DNA of 64,000 nucleotides from an uncultured Chloroflexia bacterium (GCA_963724295.1 CAVRUC010000007.1:544001-608000), one strand, 5' to 3'. Positions 1 through 9,995 are shown, counted from the stretch's first letter. Translations and numbers: made by a program. The notes: generated by a model from the letters alone, not told the origin.

Positions 1-126
1 CAACGGAGTTCAGAGAGTGTCTACTGAACGGCTGTCGTGCCGTAGCGTGCGGTAGACGGTCGGGCAGGATACGGAGAACAGCAATGAGGGGTCCCCTGCG
101 AACACCAGGGTGGACGGATACCGCAC

Positions 127-1272
127 TCACGGACGCAGCAGTTGCCGCACCCGTGCGGTCTCTCGCGTCAGGTGGTCGCGCTCCGGCACGCTGATCGCGG
201 CGCGGGAGGCCTCGGCATACAGCTCGGCGGCGTGCTCGAGGTCGCCAGCGCGCTCGTGCAGGTATGCCTGCACCGCGGCGTAACGGGGCAGGTCGGGGCT
301 CACGTCAGCCAGCGCCGCCAGGCCGGCCCGCGGTCCGTCGGCTTCCCCGACCGCCACCGCGCGGTTGAGCCGCACCACCGGGCTGTCGGTGAGGAACAGC
401 AGTTCGTCGTACCACTCCACGATCTGCGGCCAGTCCGTCTCGGATGTCGTCCGGGCGTCCGCGTGCAGGGCGGCGATCGCCGCCTGTGCCTGGTATTCAC
501 CCAGTCGGTCGCGGGCCAGCGCGGCCTGCAGAATCGTCACCCCCTCAGTGATCAGGCCGGTATCCCAGCGCGATCGGTCCTGCTCACCAAGCGGCACCAG
601 GCGACCTCTCGGGCCGGTGCGAGACGCGCGGCGCGCATGGTGCAGCAGCATGAGCGCGAGCAGCCCCGCGACCTCGGGCTCGTCGGTCAAGGCGACGAGC
701 TGGCGGGTGAGGCGGATCGCTTCGGCCGCCAGGTCGACGTTTCCGCTGTATCCCTCGTTGAAGACGAGGTAGAGCACGCGCAGCACCGTCCCCAGATCGC
801 CGGGCTGGTCGAGCGGCAGCCCCGCGATCCGCCGCTTGGCCCGGCTGATCCGCTGCGCCATGGTCGCCTCGGGGACGAGGTAAGCCGTCGCGATCTGCCG
901 CGTCGTCAGGCCACCGACCGCGCGCAGCGTCAAGGCGACAGCCGAGGTCCGCGGCAGAGCGGGGTGCGCACACAGGAAGTAGAGCCGCAGCGTGTCGTCC
1001 GTGGCGGGCACTGGACCGGAGGGAGGCTCGACCTCCACGGTAAGTTCCCGCCTCCGCCGTGACGCCTCGGCGCGGGCAGCGTCGAGGAACCTGCGCCACG
1101 CGACCGCGATGAGCCATGCCTTCGCATCGCGTGGTGGATCATCCGGCCAGGTTTCCAGCGCCCGGATCAGGGCCTCCTGCACGGCATCCTCGGCCGACGC
1201 GAAGTCGGCTCCGCGCCGGACCAGGACACCGATCACCGCGGGCACGAGCCCCCGCAGCAGCGACTCGTTCAC
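127..1272 (-). CDS. ECF RNA polymerase sigma factor, ECF42-like, with C-terminal TPR-like extension
   Basis: Sigma2 motif AEDAVQEALIRALETWP, sigma4 region 'LRAVGGLTTRQIATAYLVPEATMAQRISRAK', long C-terminus 'YQAQAAIAALH...DWPQIV'; overlaps the upstream YciI gene by 4 bp. Confidence 0.9.
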   Translation of the reverse strand: MNESLLRGLVPAVIGVLVRRGADFASAEDAVQEALIRALETWPDDPPRDAKAWLIAVAWRRFLDAARAEASRRRRELTVEVEPPSGPVPATDDTLRLYFLCAHPALPRTSAVALTLRAVGGLTTRQIATAYLVPEATMAQRISRAKRRIAGLPLDQPGDLGTVLRVLYLVFNEGYSGNVDLAAEAIRLTRQLVALTDEPEVAGLLALMLLHHARRASRTGPRGRLVPLGEQDRSRWDTGLITEGVTILQAALARDRLGEYQAQAAIAALHADARTTSETDWPQIVEWYDELLFLTDSPVVRLNRAVAVGEADGPRAGLAALADVSPDLPRYAAVQAYLHERAGDLEHAAELYAEASRAAISVPERDHLTRETARVRQLLRP

Positions 1273-1676
1273 TCGGTGATTGTGGTCGACTCAGTGAGAA
1301 ACGGTCGCACCTCAAGCCATTCGTGGATCGGCTCGCCTCCGGCTCCGGGGGCGGCGGAGAGATCCCCAGCCAGCTGGACCGCGCGATCCCAGGACTCCAC
1401 GTCGATGACCATCCAGCCGGCGATGAGGTCCTTGGTCTCGGCGAACGGACCATCGGTTACCGGCGGGCGCCCCTCGCCGTCATACCGCACGAACGCGCCG
1501 TCGGGCGCCAGTGCTTGGCCATCGACGAACTCACCCGTCTCCTCCAAGCGGGCTGCGAAATCGCGCATGTACTGCATGTGCGCGTCAACCTCCTCCGGTG
1601 TCCATTGGTCCATCGGTGCGTCGTTGACCGCTGCCGGCGCGCCTCGGTAATGCTTGAGCAGCAGGTACTTGGCCAT
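1269..1676 (-). CDS. YciI/DGPF-domain protein
   Basis: 'VTDGPFAETKDLIAGW' DGPF motif; AAGGAG RBS upstream of the ATG at 1676 (the ORF-track N-terminal extension is spurious). Confidence 0.9.
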   Translation of the reverse strand: MAKYLLLKHYRGAPAAVNDAPMDQWTPEEVDAHMQYMRDFAARLEETGEFVDGQALAPDGAFVRYDGEGRPPVTDGPFAETKDLIAGWMVIDVESWDRAVQLAGDLSAAPGAGGEPIHEWLEVRPFLTESTTITE

Positions 1677-1726
1677 CATATTCTCCTTCGTGCGGTCCGG
1701 CCCATTGTGGCCGTGTTCACTCCAGG

Positions 1727-1753
1727 GACGGAGCCGCGCACGGATTCTCGACA
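1727..1753 (-). promoter_or_regulatory. ECF42-type promoter TGTCGA-N17-CGTC upstream of yciI-sigma
   Basis: Minus strand TGTCGA gaatccgtgcgcggctc CGTC matches the described ECF42 target promoter (-35 TGTCGA, -10 CG(A/T)C). Confidence 0.75.
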
Positions 1754-1891
1754 TCCCACCGCGATAATTTCTGGCGGACTTCGATGTAACCACGCACTCC
1801 CAGGCACCGCTCCGACCTCGCGCAAGAGGATCCGCGTGCGGAACGCGAGTGGGATCGCTTAGGTTGGCCGTGGGTCGGCCGCAACGCACCG

Positions 1892-2332
1892 TTAGCTGAG
1901 TTGCTCGGCCAGCGCGACGATGATCCCCGCGGGGCCGCGGAGGTAGCAGAGCCGATAGCTGTCCTCGTACTGCGCCAGCTCGCCAAGGAGTTCGGCGCCA
2001 TGAGTGCGCAGGCGGGCAACGACGTCGTCGATGTCGTCGACAGCGAACATGACCCGATGCAGGCCCAGCGTGTTGGGTGGCGGGTTCTCTGGCTCGGCGC
2101 TGACCGCCGCGGGAGTGTGGTACTTCGTCAGCTCCAGCCGGCCGTGTCCGTCCGGGGTCCGCATCATCGCGATGTCGCTCCGGACGTCGTCGAGTCCGAC
2201 AGTGCGGTCTGCCCAACCGCCTTCGATCTGCGCCTTGCCTTCCAGCTCCATGCCGAGTTCGACGAAGAACGCCAATGCAGCCTCAAGGTCGTCGACGACG
2301 ATGCCGACGTTGTCCATCCGCTGAATGGTCAT
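1892..2332 (-). CDS. VOC/glyoxalase family protein
   Basis: 'MDNVGIVVDDLEAALAFF', 'GLHRVMFAVDDIDD', 'YLRGPAGIIVALAE'. Confidence 0.9.
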   Translation of the reverse strand: MTIQRMDNVGIVVDDLEAALAFFVELGMELEGKAQIEGGWADRTVGLDDVRSDIAMMRTPDGHGRLELTKYHTPAAVSAEPENPPPNTLGLHRVMFAVDDIDDVVARLRTHGAELLGELAQYEDSYRLCYLRGPAGIIVALAEQLS

Positions 2333-2384
2333 GGTGGCTCTCCTTCTTCCTCACGCGGGCCGTCGTGGCCGCTCGTGTCACTGG

Positions 2385-2411
2385 GACGGGGCCAGCGCCA
2401 CATTGTCGACA
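2385..2411 (-). promoter_or_regulatory. Second ECF42-type promoter TGTCGA-N17-CGTC upstream of the VOC gene
   Basis: Minus strand TGTCGA caatgtggcgctggccc CGTC, same 17-bp spacing as 1727-1753. Confidence 0.65.
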
Positions 2412-2493
2412 CTCGACACGACAACTTCCCCAGCCCGCTCCCGCTCTACCCGGCAGTGGCCGGCAACGCGGTCAGGCGGCGAGGCGAATCGAC

Positions 2494-3318
2494 TCAGACG
2501 GAGCCACGCGGATCGCCCGCCTGGGCCAGACACCAGCTCGCCATCCTGTCCGCCCGGTCGATCCAGACGTCCCCCAGATCGATGGCATAGTCGAGCAGCC
2601 ACGCCAGCGCCCGAGAGGGACCGGGTCGGCCGGAGACGAAGGGATGAAGCGTGAGGCACATCATCCCGCCCTCGTCGCGCAAGACGTCGAGGTCCTCGCG
2701 CCAGATCTCGAACGCCTGCTGGGGCGGGAGCACGGTATCGACAAAGAACGTGTAGTCATCGAACCATCGGGAAGGAGGGAATTGCACCAGCGGCGGAAGC
2801 GCTGTATTCGGCTGAATGAGGTACGGCACATCGCCCGCGGGCTCGTCCATCACCCACAGCAGGCCCAGTTCCTGGGCCAGCCGGTGCGTTGCTTCGTCGT
2901 AGCGCCAGCTCGCCGTCTTGTGCCCGACGGGAGTCATTCCCGAAATACGCTTCAGGGTTTGCAGTGACCGCTGCATGTCGGCGCGCTGTTCATCGGGGGT
3001 CATCCGGTTGTACGGGCGGTGATCCCAGGAGTGCAGGGCGATCTCATGACCCGCCGCCACGGCGGCGCGCACATGCAGCGGCTGGTCCTCCGCGGCGCGT
3101 CCCACCCAACAAAATGTCGCCAGGGTCTCGCGGTCACCAAGCACCGAAAGCAGACGCTCAGTGCCTCGCGGGTCATAGGCCGTCTGCGAGATCCAGTACA
3201 TGTCGTCCGGCCGGAAATTGGCTTCGCCGTAGCGACCGTCGACGTCGATCGTCACCGAGAGCGCGCAGCGGTACCCCGGCGGCCACCGCTCGGCCATTCC
3301 CGGTCCCGGGTCAACCAC
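2494..3318 (-). CDS. Polysaccharide deacetylase (PuuE/PgdA-like, NodB fold)
   Basis: 'LSVTIDVD', 'GHEIALHSWDH', 'LTLHPFVSGRPG'. Confidence 0.85.
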   Translation of the reverse strand: MVDPGPGMAERWPPGYRCALSVTIDVDGRYGEANFRPDDMYWISQTAYDPRGTERLLSVLGDRETLATFCWVGRAAEDQPLHVRAAVAAGHEIALHSWDHRPYNRMTPDEQRADMQRSLQTLKRISGMTPVGHKTASWRYDEATHRLAQELGLLWVMDEPAGDVPYLIQPNTALPPLVQFPPSRWFDDYTFFVDTVLPPQQAFEIWREDLDVLRDEGGMMCLTLHPFVSGRPGPSRALAWLLDYAIDLGDVWIDRADRMASWCLAQAGDPRGSV

Positions 3319-4516
3319 TCGCGCTGGCCCTCAGGTCTGCACGTGCGAGGTCCGCGATCGCCGCGGCGAGTCCTTCCACTTCTTCTTCGGTGTTCCACCA
3401 GCCGATTGACGCTCGCGCCGAGACCGTACATGGCGCGGTCTCGACGTAGCGGATGGTGTAGCCACGGTCGTAGAGCTGAGCGGTGACCTCCTGTGGAGAG
3501 AGATTCGCAATGGTGAAATTCACGAGTCCCGCCATAGGCTCGCCCGGCGTGATGACCGTGACACCATCGATGCTCGTCAGCCGGCGCCGGAAATCAGCGC
3601 CCAGCGTGGCGACGCGGTCGTACGCCCAGTCGAGACCGACCTCGTCGCGCAGCCAGCGCAGCGCGGTCTCTTGGGCTGCTATCGCCGGGCTATAGAACTC
3701 GCCGACCTCATATCGCTTGGCGCCCTCCGCGGGGATAAAATAGCCGCTCGGCTCGAACTGCCCGTAACGGGCGTAGGTCGGCGCAATATCGGCAAAGCGA
3801 GCTCGTCGCACGTAGAGGAGACCGGTCCCTTCCGGACCGCAGAGCCACTTTTGACCGGCCATCGCGTAGGCGTCGATGCCCATGGCGTGTAGATCCACCG
3901 GCACCTGACCGGCGGACTGCGCTCCGTCGACGATGACCATCAGCTCGTGACGCCGGGCGAGCTCGCTGATCTCACGCAGGGGAAGCACGGCTCCCGTTGA
4001 CCAGAGGACATGCGAGATGGCGATCGCCCGCGTGCGGGAGGTGATTCGATCGGCGAGAGCCTCGACTACCCCCGACCCACCGTCGCCGACATTCGCGTAC
4101 CGGGTGACGACCCCAAACCGGCGAGCGAGGAGCGCAAGCGGCAACATCAGCCCGGGGTGCTCTTCGAAGGTGGTGATCACTTCATCGCCGGCACTCCAGG
4201 TCATCCCCATCAGCGCCGTGCCCAGTCCTTCCGTGGCGCTGTGGGTGAGGGCGATCTCGTCGGCGTCAGCGCCAAAGACAGTCGCCGCCATGGCCGCGAA
4301 ACGGCGGTTCCGGTCGCGGTTCTCCATGTAGGTGCCCGGTACGATGCGTCCCTGCTCCAGCTCGCGGCGAGCGGCCGCATCAGCGGCTTCGAAAGCCACG
4401 ATCGGAATCGGGCCGTTCGAGCCGGTATTGAAGTAGCCGGTGCTCTGCACCGCGGGCAGCTGCGCCCGCAATGTGTCGACTTTCGCGTCCGTTGCCCTTG
4501 CGGTTACCACAGCCAT
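3311..4516 (-). CDS. Class V PLP-dependent aminotransferase (cysteine/cystine lyase-like)
   Basis: 'YFNTGSNGP', 'VDGAQSAG', PLP lysine in 'AGQKWLCGPEGTG'. Confidence 0.85.
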   Translation of the reverse strand: MAVVTARATDAKVDTLRAQLPAVQSTGYFNTGSNGPIPIVAFEAADAAARRELEQGRIVPGTYMENRDRNRRFAAMAATVFGADADEIALTHSATEGLGTALMGMTWSAGDEVITTFEEHPGLMLPLALLARRFGVVTRYANVGDGGSGVVEALADRITSRTRAIAISHVLWSTGAVLPLREISELARRHELMVIVDGAQSAGQVPVDLHAMGIDAYAMAGQKWLCGPEGTGLLYVRRARFADIAPTYARYGQFEPSGYFIPAEGAKRYEVGEFYSPAIAAQETALRWLRDEVGLDWAYDRVATLGADFRRRLTSIDGVTVITPGEPMAGLVNFTIANLSPQEVTAQLYDRGYTIRYVETAPCTVSARASIGWWNTEEEVEGLAAAIADLARADLRASASG

Positions 4517-4546
4517 CGTTCGATCGATCTCCTCGCTGCCGCTCGT

Positions 4547-5773
4547 CTACCGCTGGTCCGCCGCCGCCAACGCCCGGTCCAGGTCGGCGATGATGTCTTC
4601 GACGTCCTCGATGCCGACGGACAGGCGGACCAGACCGTCCGATATTCCGATCTTCGCCCGCTCCTCTGCGGGCACCGCGCGATGCGAGGATATGGTCGGA
4701 TAGAGCACCAGACTGTAGACGTCGCCGAGCGTCGTCGCCGGCACGATGAGCCGCAATGCCTCGAAGAAGCGGAACACGTCGTCGCGGCCGGCATCGCGGA
4801 CGTCGAACGAGATCATCCCGCCGCGCTCGCTCCGATTGAACATCGACTCCGCTGCGCCGAGATCCTGGAGCCCGGGGTAGTTGACGCGTGAGACGCGAGG
4901 ATCATGCGCGAGCCAGGTCGCAACGGCTGCCGCGTTGTCACTCTGTTGTTTCATCCGCAGGGGGAGCGTCTTGAGCCCGCGCAGTGTCAGCCACGACTCG
5001 AATGGTCCGGCCACCGATCCGATCAGCTTGTTGATCTCGCGCAGCGCGGCGGCGCGCTCGGCCGTGGTTGCGATGACCCCGCCGGTGACATCACCATGCC
5101 CGCCGAGATACTTGGTGGTCGAGTGGATGACCGAATCGACGCCGAGCGCCGCGGGATTCACCAGCCAGGGTGTCGCGAAGGTGTTGTCGACCGCGACCCT
5201 GGCGTCATGCCGATGCGCCAGCGCGGCGACCTCTCGCAAATTCGCGACCCGCAAGAGTGGGTTCGATATCGTTTCGGCATAGACCAGCGCGGGTCGCGCC
5301 GAGTCCAGCGCCCGCTCGAGGGCATCGAGATCGAGCAGGTCGACGAACATCGTCTCGATGCCAAGGCTGGGGAGCAGCCTGTTGAGGATGGCATAGGTAG
5401 CGCCGTAGACGTCCGGCGCGGCGACGATTCGCTGCCCGGCGCGGACGTCGAGGAGCATCGCCGCGTAGACCGCCCCCATCCCGGATGCAAACGCGACCGC
5501 GTCTTCCGTCCCTTCCAGGGATGCGATCGCGGACTCCAGGGCGCTCGTCGTCGGGTTGGCATAGCGCGTGTATACGTATCCCTGGCGCTCGTTGCCGAAC
5601 ACCGCGTCGAGCGTGTCGGTGTCGTCATAGACAAACGCGGTGGCCGGGTAGATGGGGGTGGCGGTTGGAGTAAAGTCGGGACGCGGCCCGCGCTCTCCGG
5701 CGTGGACGGCGCGGCTGGCGAACCCCAGGTCAGTGACCTCGGGCTTTCCCGCGCTCGTTTGGGGCGATGTCAA
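4547..5773 (-). CDS. Cystathionine gamma-synthase / methionine gamma-lyase family PLP enzyme
   Basis: 'YTRYANPT', 'FASGMGA', 'VDNTFATP', 'HSTTKYLGGHGD', 'LVRLSVGIED'; TTG start with AGGAG RBS. Confidence 0.9.
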   Translation of the reverse strand: MTSPQTSAGKPEVTDLGFASRAVHAGERGPRPDFTPTATPIYPATAFVYDDTDTLDAVFGNERQGYVYTRYANPTTSALESAIASLEGTEDAVAFASGMGAVYAAMLLDVRAGQRIVAAPDVYGATYAILNRLLPSLGIETMFVDLLDLDALERALDSARPALVYAETISNPLLRVANLREVAALAHRHDARVAVDNTFATPWLVNPAALGVDSVIHSTTKYLGGHGDVTGGVIATTAERAAALREINKLIGSVAGPFESWLTLRGLKTLPLRMKQQSDNAAAVATWLAHDPRVSRVNYPGLQDLGAAESMFNRSERGGMISFDVRDAGRDDVFRFFEALRLIVPATTLGDVYSLVLYPTISSHRAVPAEERAKIGISDGLVRLSVGIEDVEDIIADLDRALAAADQR

Positions 5774-5886
5774 AACGGGGCTCCTGACATGAAAGACGGC
5801 CGTTGATTACAGGCAGGGAGTCTAGGATTCGACCGGTTGAGCGTCAACGATCGGCGGACGCTCGCTCGCGGGTTTGGATGATTCAG

Positions 5887-6897
5887 ATGCCAGACGCTAC
5901 AGAGAACCAGTTCCTCGGCACACTGCTCGGCATGGCCATCGGCGACGCCCTTGGTGCACCCGTCAGCGGCATGGAGCGGTCCGAGATCGCCGCCCGGTTC
6001 GGCCCGATCGATCGCTATCACGGCAATGCCCAGCCTGGCGCCGAAGAGGTTCATCCTGGCGAGTTCACCGATGAGACGGAGCTCGCCCTCTGCATCGTGG
6101 AGTCGATGACCGCGAATCGCGGCGTCCTCGATGCGGACACCGCCGGGGTGCGGATGCTCCATCTGGCTGCCGGCCCGTCCCGGCGCTGGATGCAGCCGGC
6201 GACAGCGGCCGCCCTCGACGCGGCCGCCGAGACACTGGAATTTTCCGTACCGCTCGACGAGGACGGGCCGGCCACCGGGGACATCGCGGCACGGGGCGTT
6301 CCGGTCGGACTCGTGCACGCGGTGGGACGATTCGATCCCGCCCGGCTGCGCGCCGACGCCGAGGCCGTCGTCCGTCTCACCCATGGCGGTCCAGCGGCCT
6401 TCAACGCCGCGACCGCTGTCGCCTATGCCGTGCGGCTGGCCGCCACTGGCGAGCCGCGGCAGTCCTGGGCACGCGAGACCGCAGAGTTCCTCGGCGGCGG
6501 GGAGCTGGCCGAGCGCTTGCTCGAGCTCGACGCTCGCCTTGACGGCTCCACTCTACCCGCCCTCTTCGATTGGACTGGTACGGGGCTCGACGCGCTCGAA
6601 TCAGTCCCGGCGGCCTTCGCCGCGGCGATGACCGAGACCGTCTTCGAGAAGGCGGTCTTTGCCGCCGTCAGCGCGGGCGGCGCTACCGACACCATCGGAG
6701 CGCTGACCGGAGCGCTGGCCGGTGCGGCCGGCGGCGCCGCGGGCATCCCGCAAGACCTGATCGACGGACTCGAAGGGCGGATCTACGTCTCGCTGGCCGC
6801 ACCCTGGTTCCACAAGGCCGCCCGCCAGCGGGCCGGACAGCAGATCGACCTCAGACCGGTGCACGGCCCGCGCCCGGAGCTACCGCCCAGATATTGA
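5887..6897 (+). CDS. ADP-ribosylglycohydrolase family protein
   Basis: 'GTLLGMAIGDALGAP', 'GEFTDETEL', 'GGATDTIGALTGALAGA'. Confidence 0.88.
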   Translation: MPDATENQFLGTLLGMAIGDALGAPVSGMERSEIAARFGPIDRYHGNAQPGAEEVHPGEFTDETELALCIVESMTANRGVLDADTAGVRMLHLAAGPSRRWMQPATAAALDAAAETLEFSVPLDEDGPATGDIAARGVPVGLVHAVGRFDPARLRADAEAVVRLTHGGPAAFNAATAVAYAVRLAATGEPRQSWARETAEFLGGGELAERLLELDARLDGSTLPALFDWTGTGLDALESVPAAFAAAMTETVFEKAVFAAVSAGGATDTIGALTGALAGAAGGAAGIPQDLIDGLEGRIYVSLAAPWFHKAARQRAGQQIDLRPVHGPRPELPPRY

Positions 6898-6898
6898 G

Positions 6899-7030
6899 AG
6901 GGTGGCAGGGTTGCTGGGTCGCAGGAAGACTGTCGTCCATCACTCTCTGCTCGCCGCTGCCGACCCTGCCACCCCGCCGGCGCCTTCCGACCTCCGACCT
7001 CCGTCACCGTCTCGCCGTCTCGCCGTCTCC
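6899..7030. repeat. Intergenic inverted short-tandem repeats (GGGTGGCA-like 8-mers; TCCGACC 7-mers; CCGTCTCG 8-mers)
   Basis: agggtggcagggttgctgggtcgcagg ... gaccctgccaccccgcc, followed by tccgacc x2 and ccgtctcg x3, between convergent genes. Confidence 0.65.
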
Positions 7031-7034
7031 GGGC

Positions 7035-7955
7035 CTACTTCAGCCGTGGATCCAGCACGTCGCGGAGTCCGTCGCCGAGCAGGTTCAGACCGAGGACGAC
7101 GGCGACGATCGCGACTCCCGGCACCGTGGTCACCCAGTGGCTCTGCAACATGTAGTTCCGTCCTTCGGCAATCATCACGCCGAGGCTGGGCAGTGGCGGC
7201 TGCGCGCCCATGCCGATGAAGGAGAGCCCGGCCTCGACGATGATGGCCAGTGCCACGTAATAGGAGGCCATCACCAGCGCCGGGGCCAGGACATTCGGCA
7301 GCACGTGCCGGAGCAGGATGCGCGGCTCGCCCAGGCCGCTGGCTCGCGCCGCCTGCACGAACTCCTCCTCGCGCAGCCCGAGCACTTCACCGCGCACCAC
7401 GCGGGCGAACCCCGCCCAGTTGATCAATCCCACCGCCAGAATCGTGGCCGGCAACCCCGGACCGAGCGAGCCGGCAAGGATGACCGCCAGCAGGATGAGC
7501 GGAAACCCCCAGGTGAACTCCACGATGCCGCTGATCAGACTATCGGCCCAGCCACGGCGGTAGCCGGCGATGGCCCCGGCGGCGGTGCCGACGATCAGCG
7601 AGATCGCGGTCACCCCGAAGCCGACGATGAGCGAGATGCGAACGCCGGTGACCAGGCGTGAAAAGAGGTCGCGCCCGACCTGATCGGTCCCCAGCAGGTG
7701 CCCGTCGCTCAACGGCGGCAGGTTCGCCTGCAACAAGTTTTGCTTCGCGTAGTCGTAGGGGGCGAAGGCCGGGCCGATCAGCCCGAGCAGGATGTACGCC
7801 AGCGCGACGAACGACCCGAACAGCGCCAGCGGATTCCGGGCCAGACGGCGCCACGCCACCACGATCGGGCTCGCTCCATGCACGGCTCGGGCAGGGAGCG
7901 AACCGGGGAGTGCCGGCGCGTCCAGGGGGCTGAGAGTACCGACCGCCTCACGCAT
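7035..7955 (-). CDS. Peptide/nickel ABC transporter permease (DppC/OppC-like)
   Basis: 'HLLGTDQVGRDLFSR', EAA loop 'EEFVQAARASG', 'NLLGDGLRDVLDPR'. Confidence 0.92.
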   Translation of the reverse strand: MREAVGTLSPLDAPALPGSLPARAVHGASPIVVAWRRLARNPLALFGSFVALAYILLGLIGPAFAPYDYAKQNLLQANLPPLSDGHLLGTDQVGRDLFSRLVTGVRISLIVGFGVTAISLIVGTAAGAIAGYRRGWADSLISGIVEFTWGFPLILLAVILAGSLGPGLPATILAVGLINWAGFARVVRGEVLGLREEEFVQAARASGLGEPRILLRHVLPNVLAPALVMASYYVALAIIVEAGLSFIGMGAQPPLPSLGVMIAEGRNYMLQSHWVTTVPGVAIVAVVLGLNLLGDGLRDVLDPRLK

Positions 7956-8868
7956 GCCCGATCCGGGGATCGGCGATCCCGTAGGCTACGTCCGCCAGCA
8001 GATTTGCGATGATGACCACGGTCACCAGCAGGAGCGAGAAAAACTGGGCCACCGGGTAATCCCGACGCAGCACCGCATCGACCAGCAGGTAGCCGATCCC
8101 TGGCCACTGAAAGATCGTCTCGACGATCAAGGCGTAGCCGACGAGCCAACCCAGTCGCAGACCCGCCAGCGAAATCAGCGGATTGAGCGCATTGCGGAAA
8201 ACGCGGCCATAGAGAACTGTCGTTTCAGAGAGCCCCTTGGCCCGATGCGTCCGCACGTAATCCAGCCCCAGCTGCTCCAGCATCGAGGAGCGGGTCATGC
8301 GGATGGTCACCGCCACACCCTCCGCCGCCAGGACTATGGCGGGCAGAATCAGCTGCTTTGGCTCGCAGCAGCCGCCGGAGGGGAGCCAGTGCAGCTTCGA
8401 TGCAAAGAGGAAGATCAGGAGCAACGCCAACCAGAAGTTGGGCATCCCCATCCCGGCGATGCTGATCCCGGTGATCGCCTGGTCGACAACCGTGTTGCGG
8501 CGGGCGGCGGCCAGCGCGCCCAGCGGCAGCCCGATCGCATAGATCAGGAACATGGCGGCCAGTCCGAGCGCGACGCTATTGCGGCCGTAGAAGCCGAGGA
8601 GGTCCGCGATCGACTTGCCGGTGATGATCGAGCTACCCAGGTCCCCGCGGACCAGATTCTTCAGGTAGACACCGTACTGCACCCAGACCGGCTGGTTGAG
8701 GCCAAGCCGCTCGCGGTAGGCCTCGCGGACCTCCGCGCCCACGGTCGGGCTGAGCACGCCCGCGGTTGGGTCGCCAGGAGCCACGCGCAGCCCGTAGAAG
8801 ACGGCGATGGACGCCACCACGAGCACGATCGCCGTGCGCAGGCCACGGCGGACGAGATAGCCACCCAC
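7948..8868 (-). CDS. Peptide/nickel ABC transporter permease (DppB/OppB-like)
   Basis: 'PGDP', 'DYVRTHRAKGL', 'ETIFQWPGIG', 'ADPRI'. Confidence 0.92.
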   Translation of the reverse strand: MGGYLVRRGLRTAIVLVVASIAVFYGLRVAPGDPTAGVLSPTVGAEVREAYRERLGLNQPVWVQYGVYLKNLVRGDLGSSIITGKSIADLLGFYGRNSVALGLAAMFLIYAIGLPLGALAAARRNTVVDQAITGISIAGMGMPNFWLALLLIFLFASKLHWLPSGGCCEPKQLILPAIVLAAEGVAVTIRMTRSSMLEQLGLDYVRTHRAKGLSETTVLYGRVFRNALNPLISLAGLRLGWLVGYALIVETIFQWPGIGYLLVDAVLRRDYPVAQFFSLLLVTVVIIANLLADVAYGIADPRIGHA

Positions 8869-8887
8869 GCGCTAGACCAGTCCGTCC

Positions 8888-9798
8888 CTACCGCTTTTTC
8901 TTCTTGTGCCGTGCGCTGTCGCCCAACGTGCCAAGCATGTATCGCCCACTGCGCATAGATTTTTGGCGTCGAGTGAGAACGCGGCTTTCAACCGGTATCC
9001 GTCCCCGGCGACAGCATCACTCACAAATGAGTATGGTCCATCCATTGAAGTTGATCAGCTCATCTGCGGGCATCTCCGTTTGCAGACCGGACACGAACGA
9101 GTACGACTTATCAGGGGCAAGCGTGATTGGGGCGTGGTGAGAGTCAGCTTCACCGAGACCTTCCGGTATCGTCTCGATGCGCGTCAGTACGACATCGACG
9201 TCCTCGCGATTCGTCACCTTGAACAACTTCGGTCGGAACCGAACCAACCTGTCCTGCGAACAGAAGGTCGACCTTGAGCCGTGGGCGAAGGCTCTCGCTT
9301 TGCCGTGCGCTCTGCCTTCCGCTGGTCCTTGCGAAGCCGTTGAGCATTCCGCTTGGTGTCCAATCGCGTCCGCTTCTTGGTGCTCTTGGCATCCTTGCGG
9401 GCCTTGGTCGCCGCGATGCGCGCTTCCTGTTCGGCCAGGGGATCAGTCGTGGGTGCGGTCGAGGCTGCCTGCACCAGCGCGGTGGCCTCTTCGACCGCGG
9501 TCTCGCTGAACGGGGAGATCAGCGTGGTGCCGGTGGAGACCATGCCGCCCTCACCGGGGACGCAGATGCCGTAGCTGGTGTTGATGGCAGAGGTGACGCA
9601 GGTCAGTCCGTCGCAGCAACCTGAAACGAGCGTGCAGACAGCGCCCTCTTCACCGCACGTCGTGGGACCGAGCTGAGATCCGATGGCCACCCGCTGACCG
9701 AGCACGCCGATCGCGCCACCGGTCAGGGCCACCAGCCAGCGGCGGCTGCCGGTCTTCGCGAACGCTCGGGCTAGTCGGTCGAGCTTGGCGTCGTCCAT
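8888..9798 (-). CDS. Tat-leader, knottin-like Cys-motif secreted protein (frameshifted; split across ORFs 9214-9984, 9150-9392 and 9017-9247)
   Basis: 'MDDAKLDRLARAFAKTGSRRWL' leader, C-x6-C-x5-CC-x4-C-x11-C, Lys/Arg-rich helix; a plausible protein continues in shifted frames to 'HKKKKR*'; 3' end uncertain. Confidence 0.6.
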
Positions 9799-9961
9799 AC
9801 CCGTTCCTACTCCGGGGCTCTCCGGCTTCTTCGCCTCATGCGACGGGCCTGCGCATTGTACAGCTTGTCTCCAGAACTCGGGACCAAGGACAAGTCGTCG
9901 ATTTGCTACCTGGAATGCGAGTTCCACTTCCGGCGCCAAAGCGTGCGGAGGATTTCTACAA

Positions 9962-9995
9962 AGCGGAGGGCGGTGCAATAGCACCGCCCTCCGCT
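9962..9995 (-). terminator. Intrinsic terminator-like hairpin after the ABC substrate-binding gene
   Basis: Perfect 15-bp stem agcggagggcggtgc/gcaccgccctccgct with a short T-run on the minus strand. Confidence 0.7.

Noticed and set aside
9017..9019. TGA after 'ICE' as selenocysteine
   Set aside because: It lies in a frameshift-ridden stretch, no SECIS-like hairpin was recognised, and an alternative frame gives a more plausible continuation
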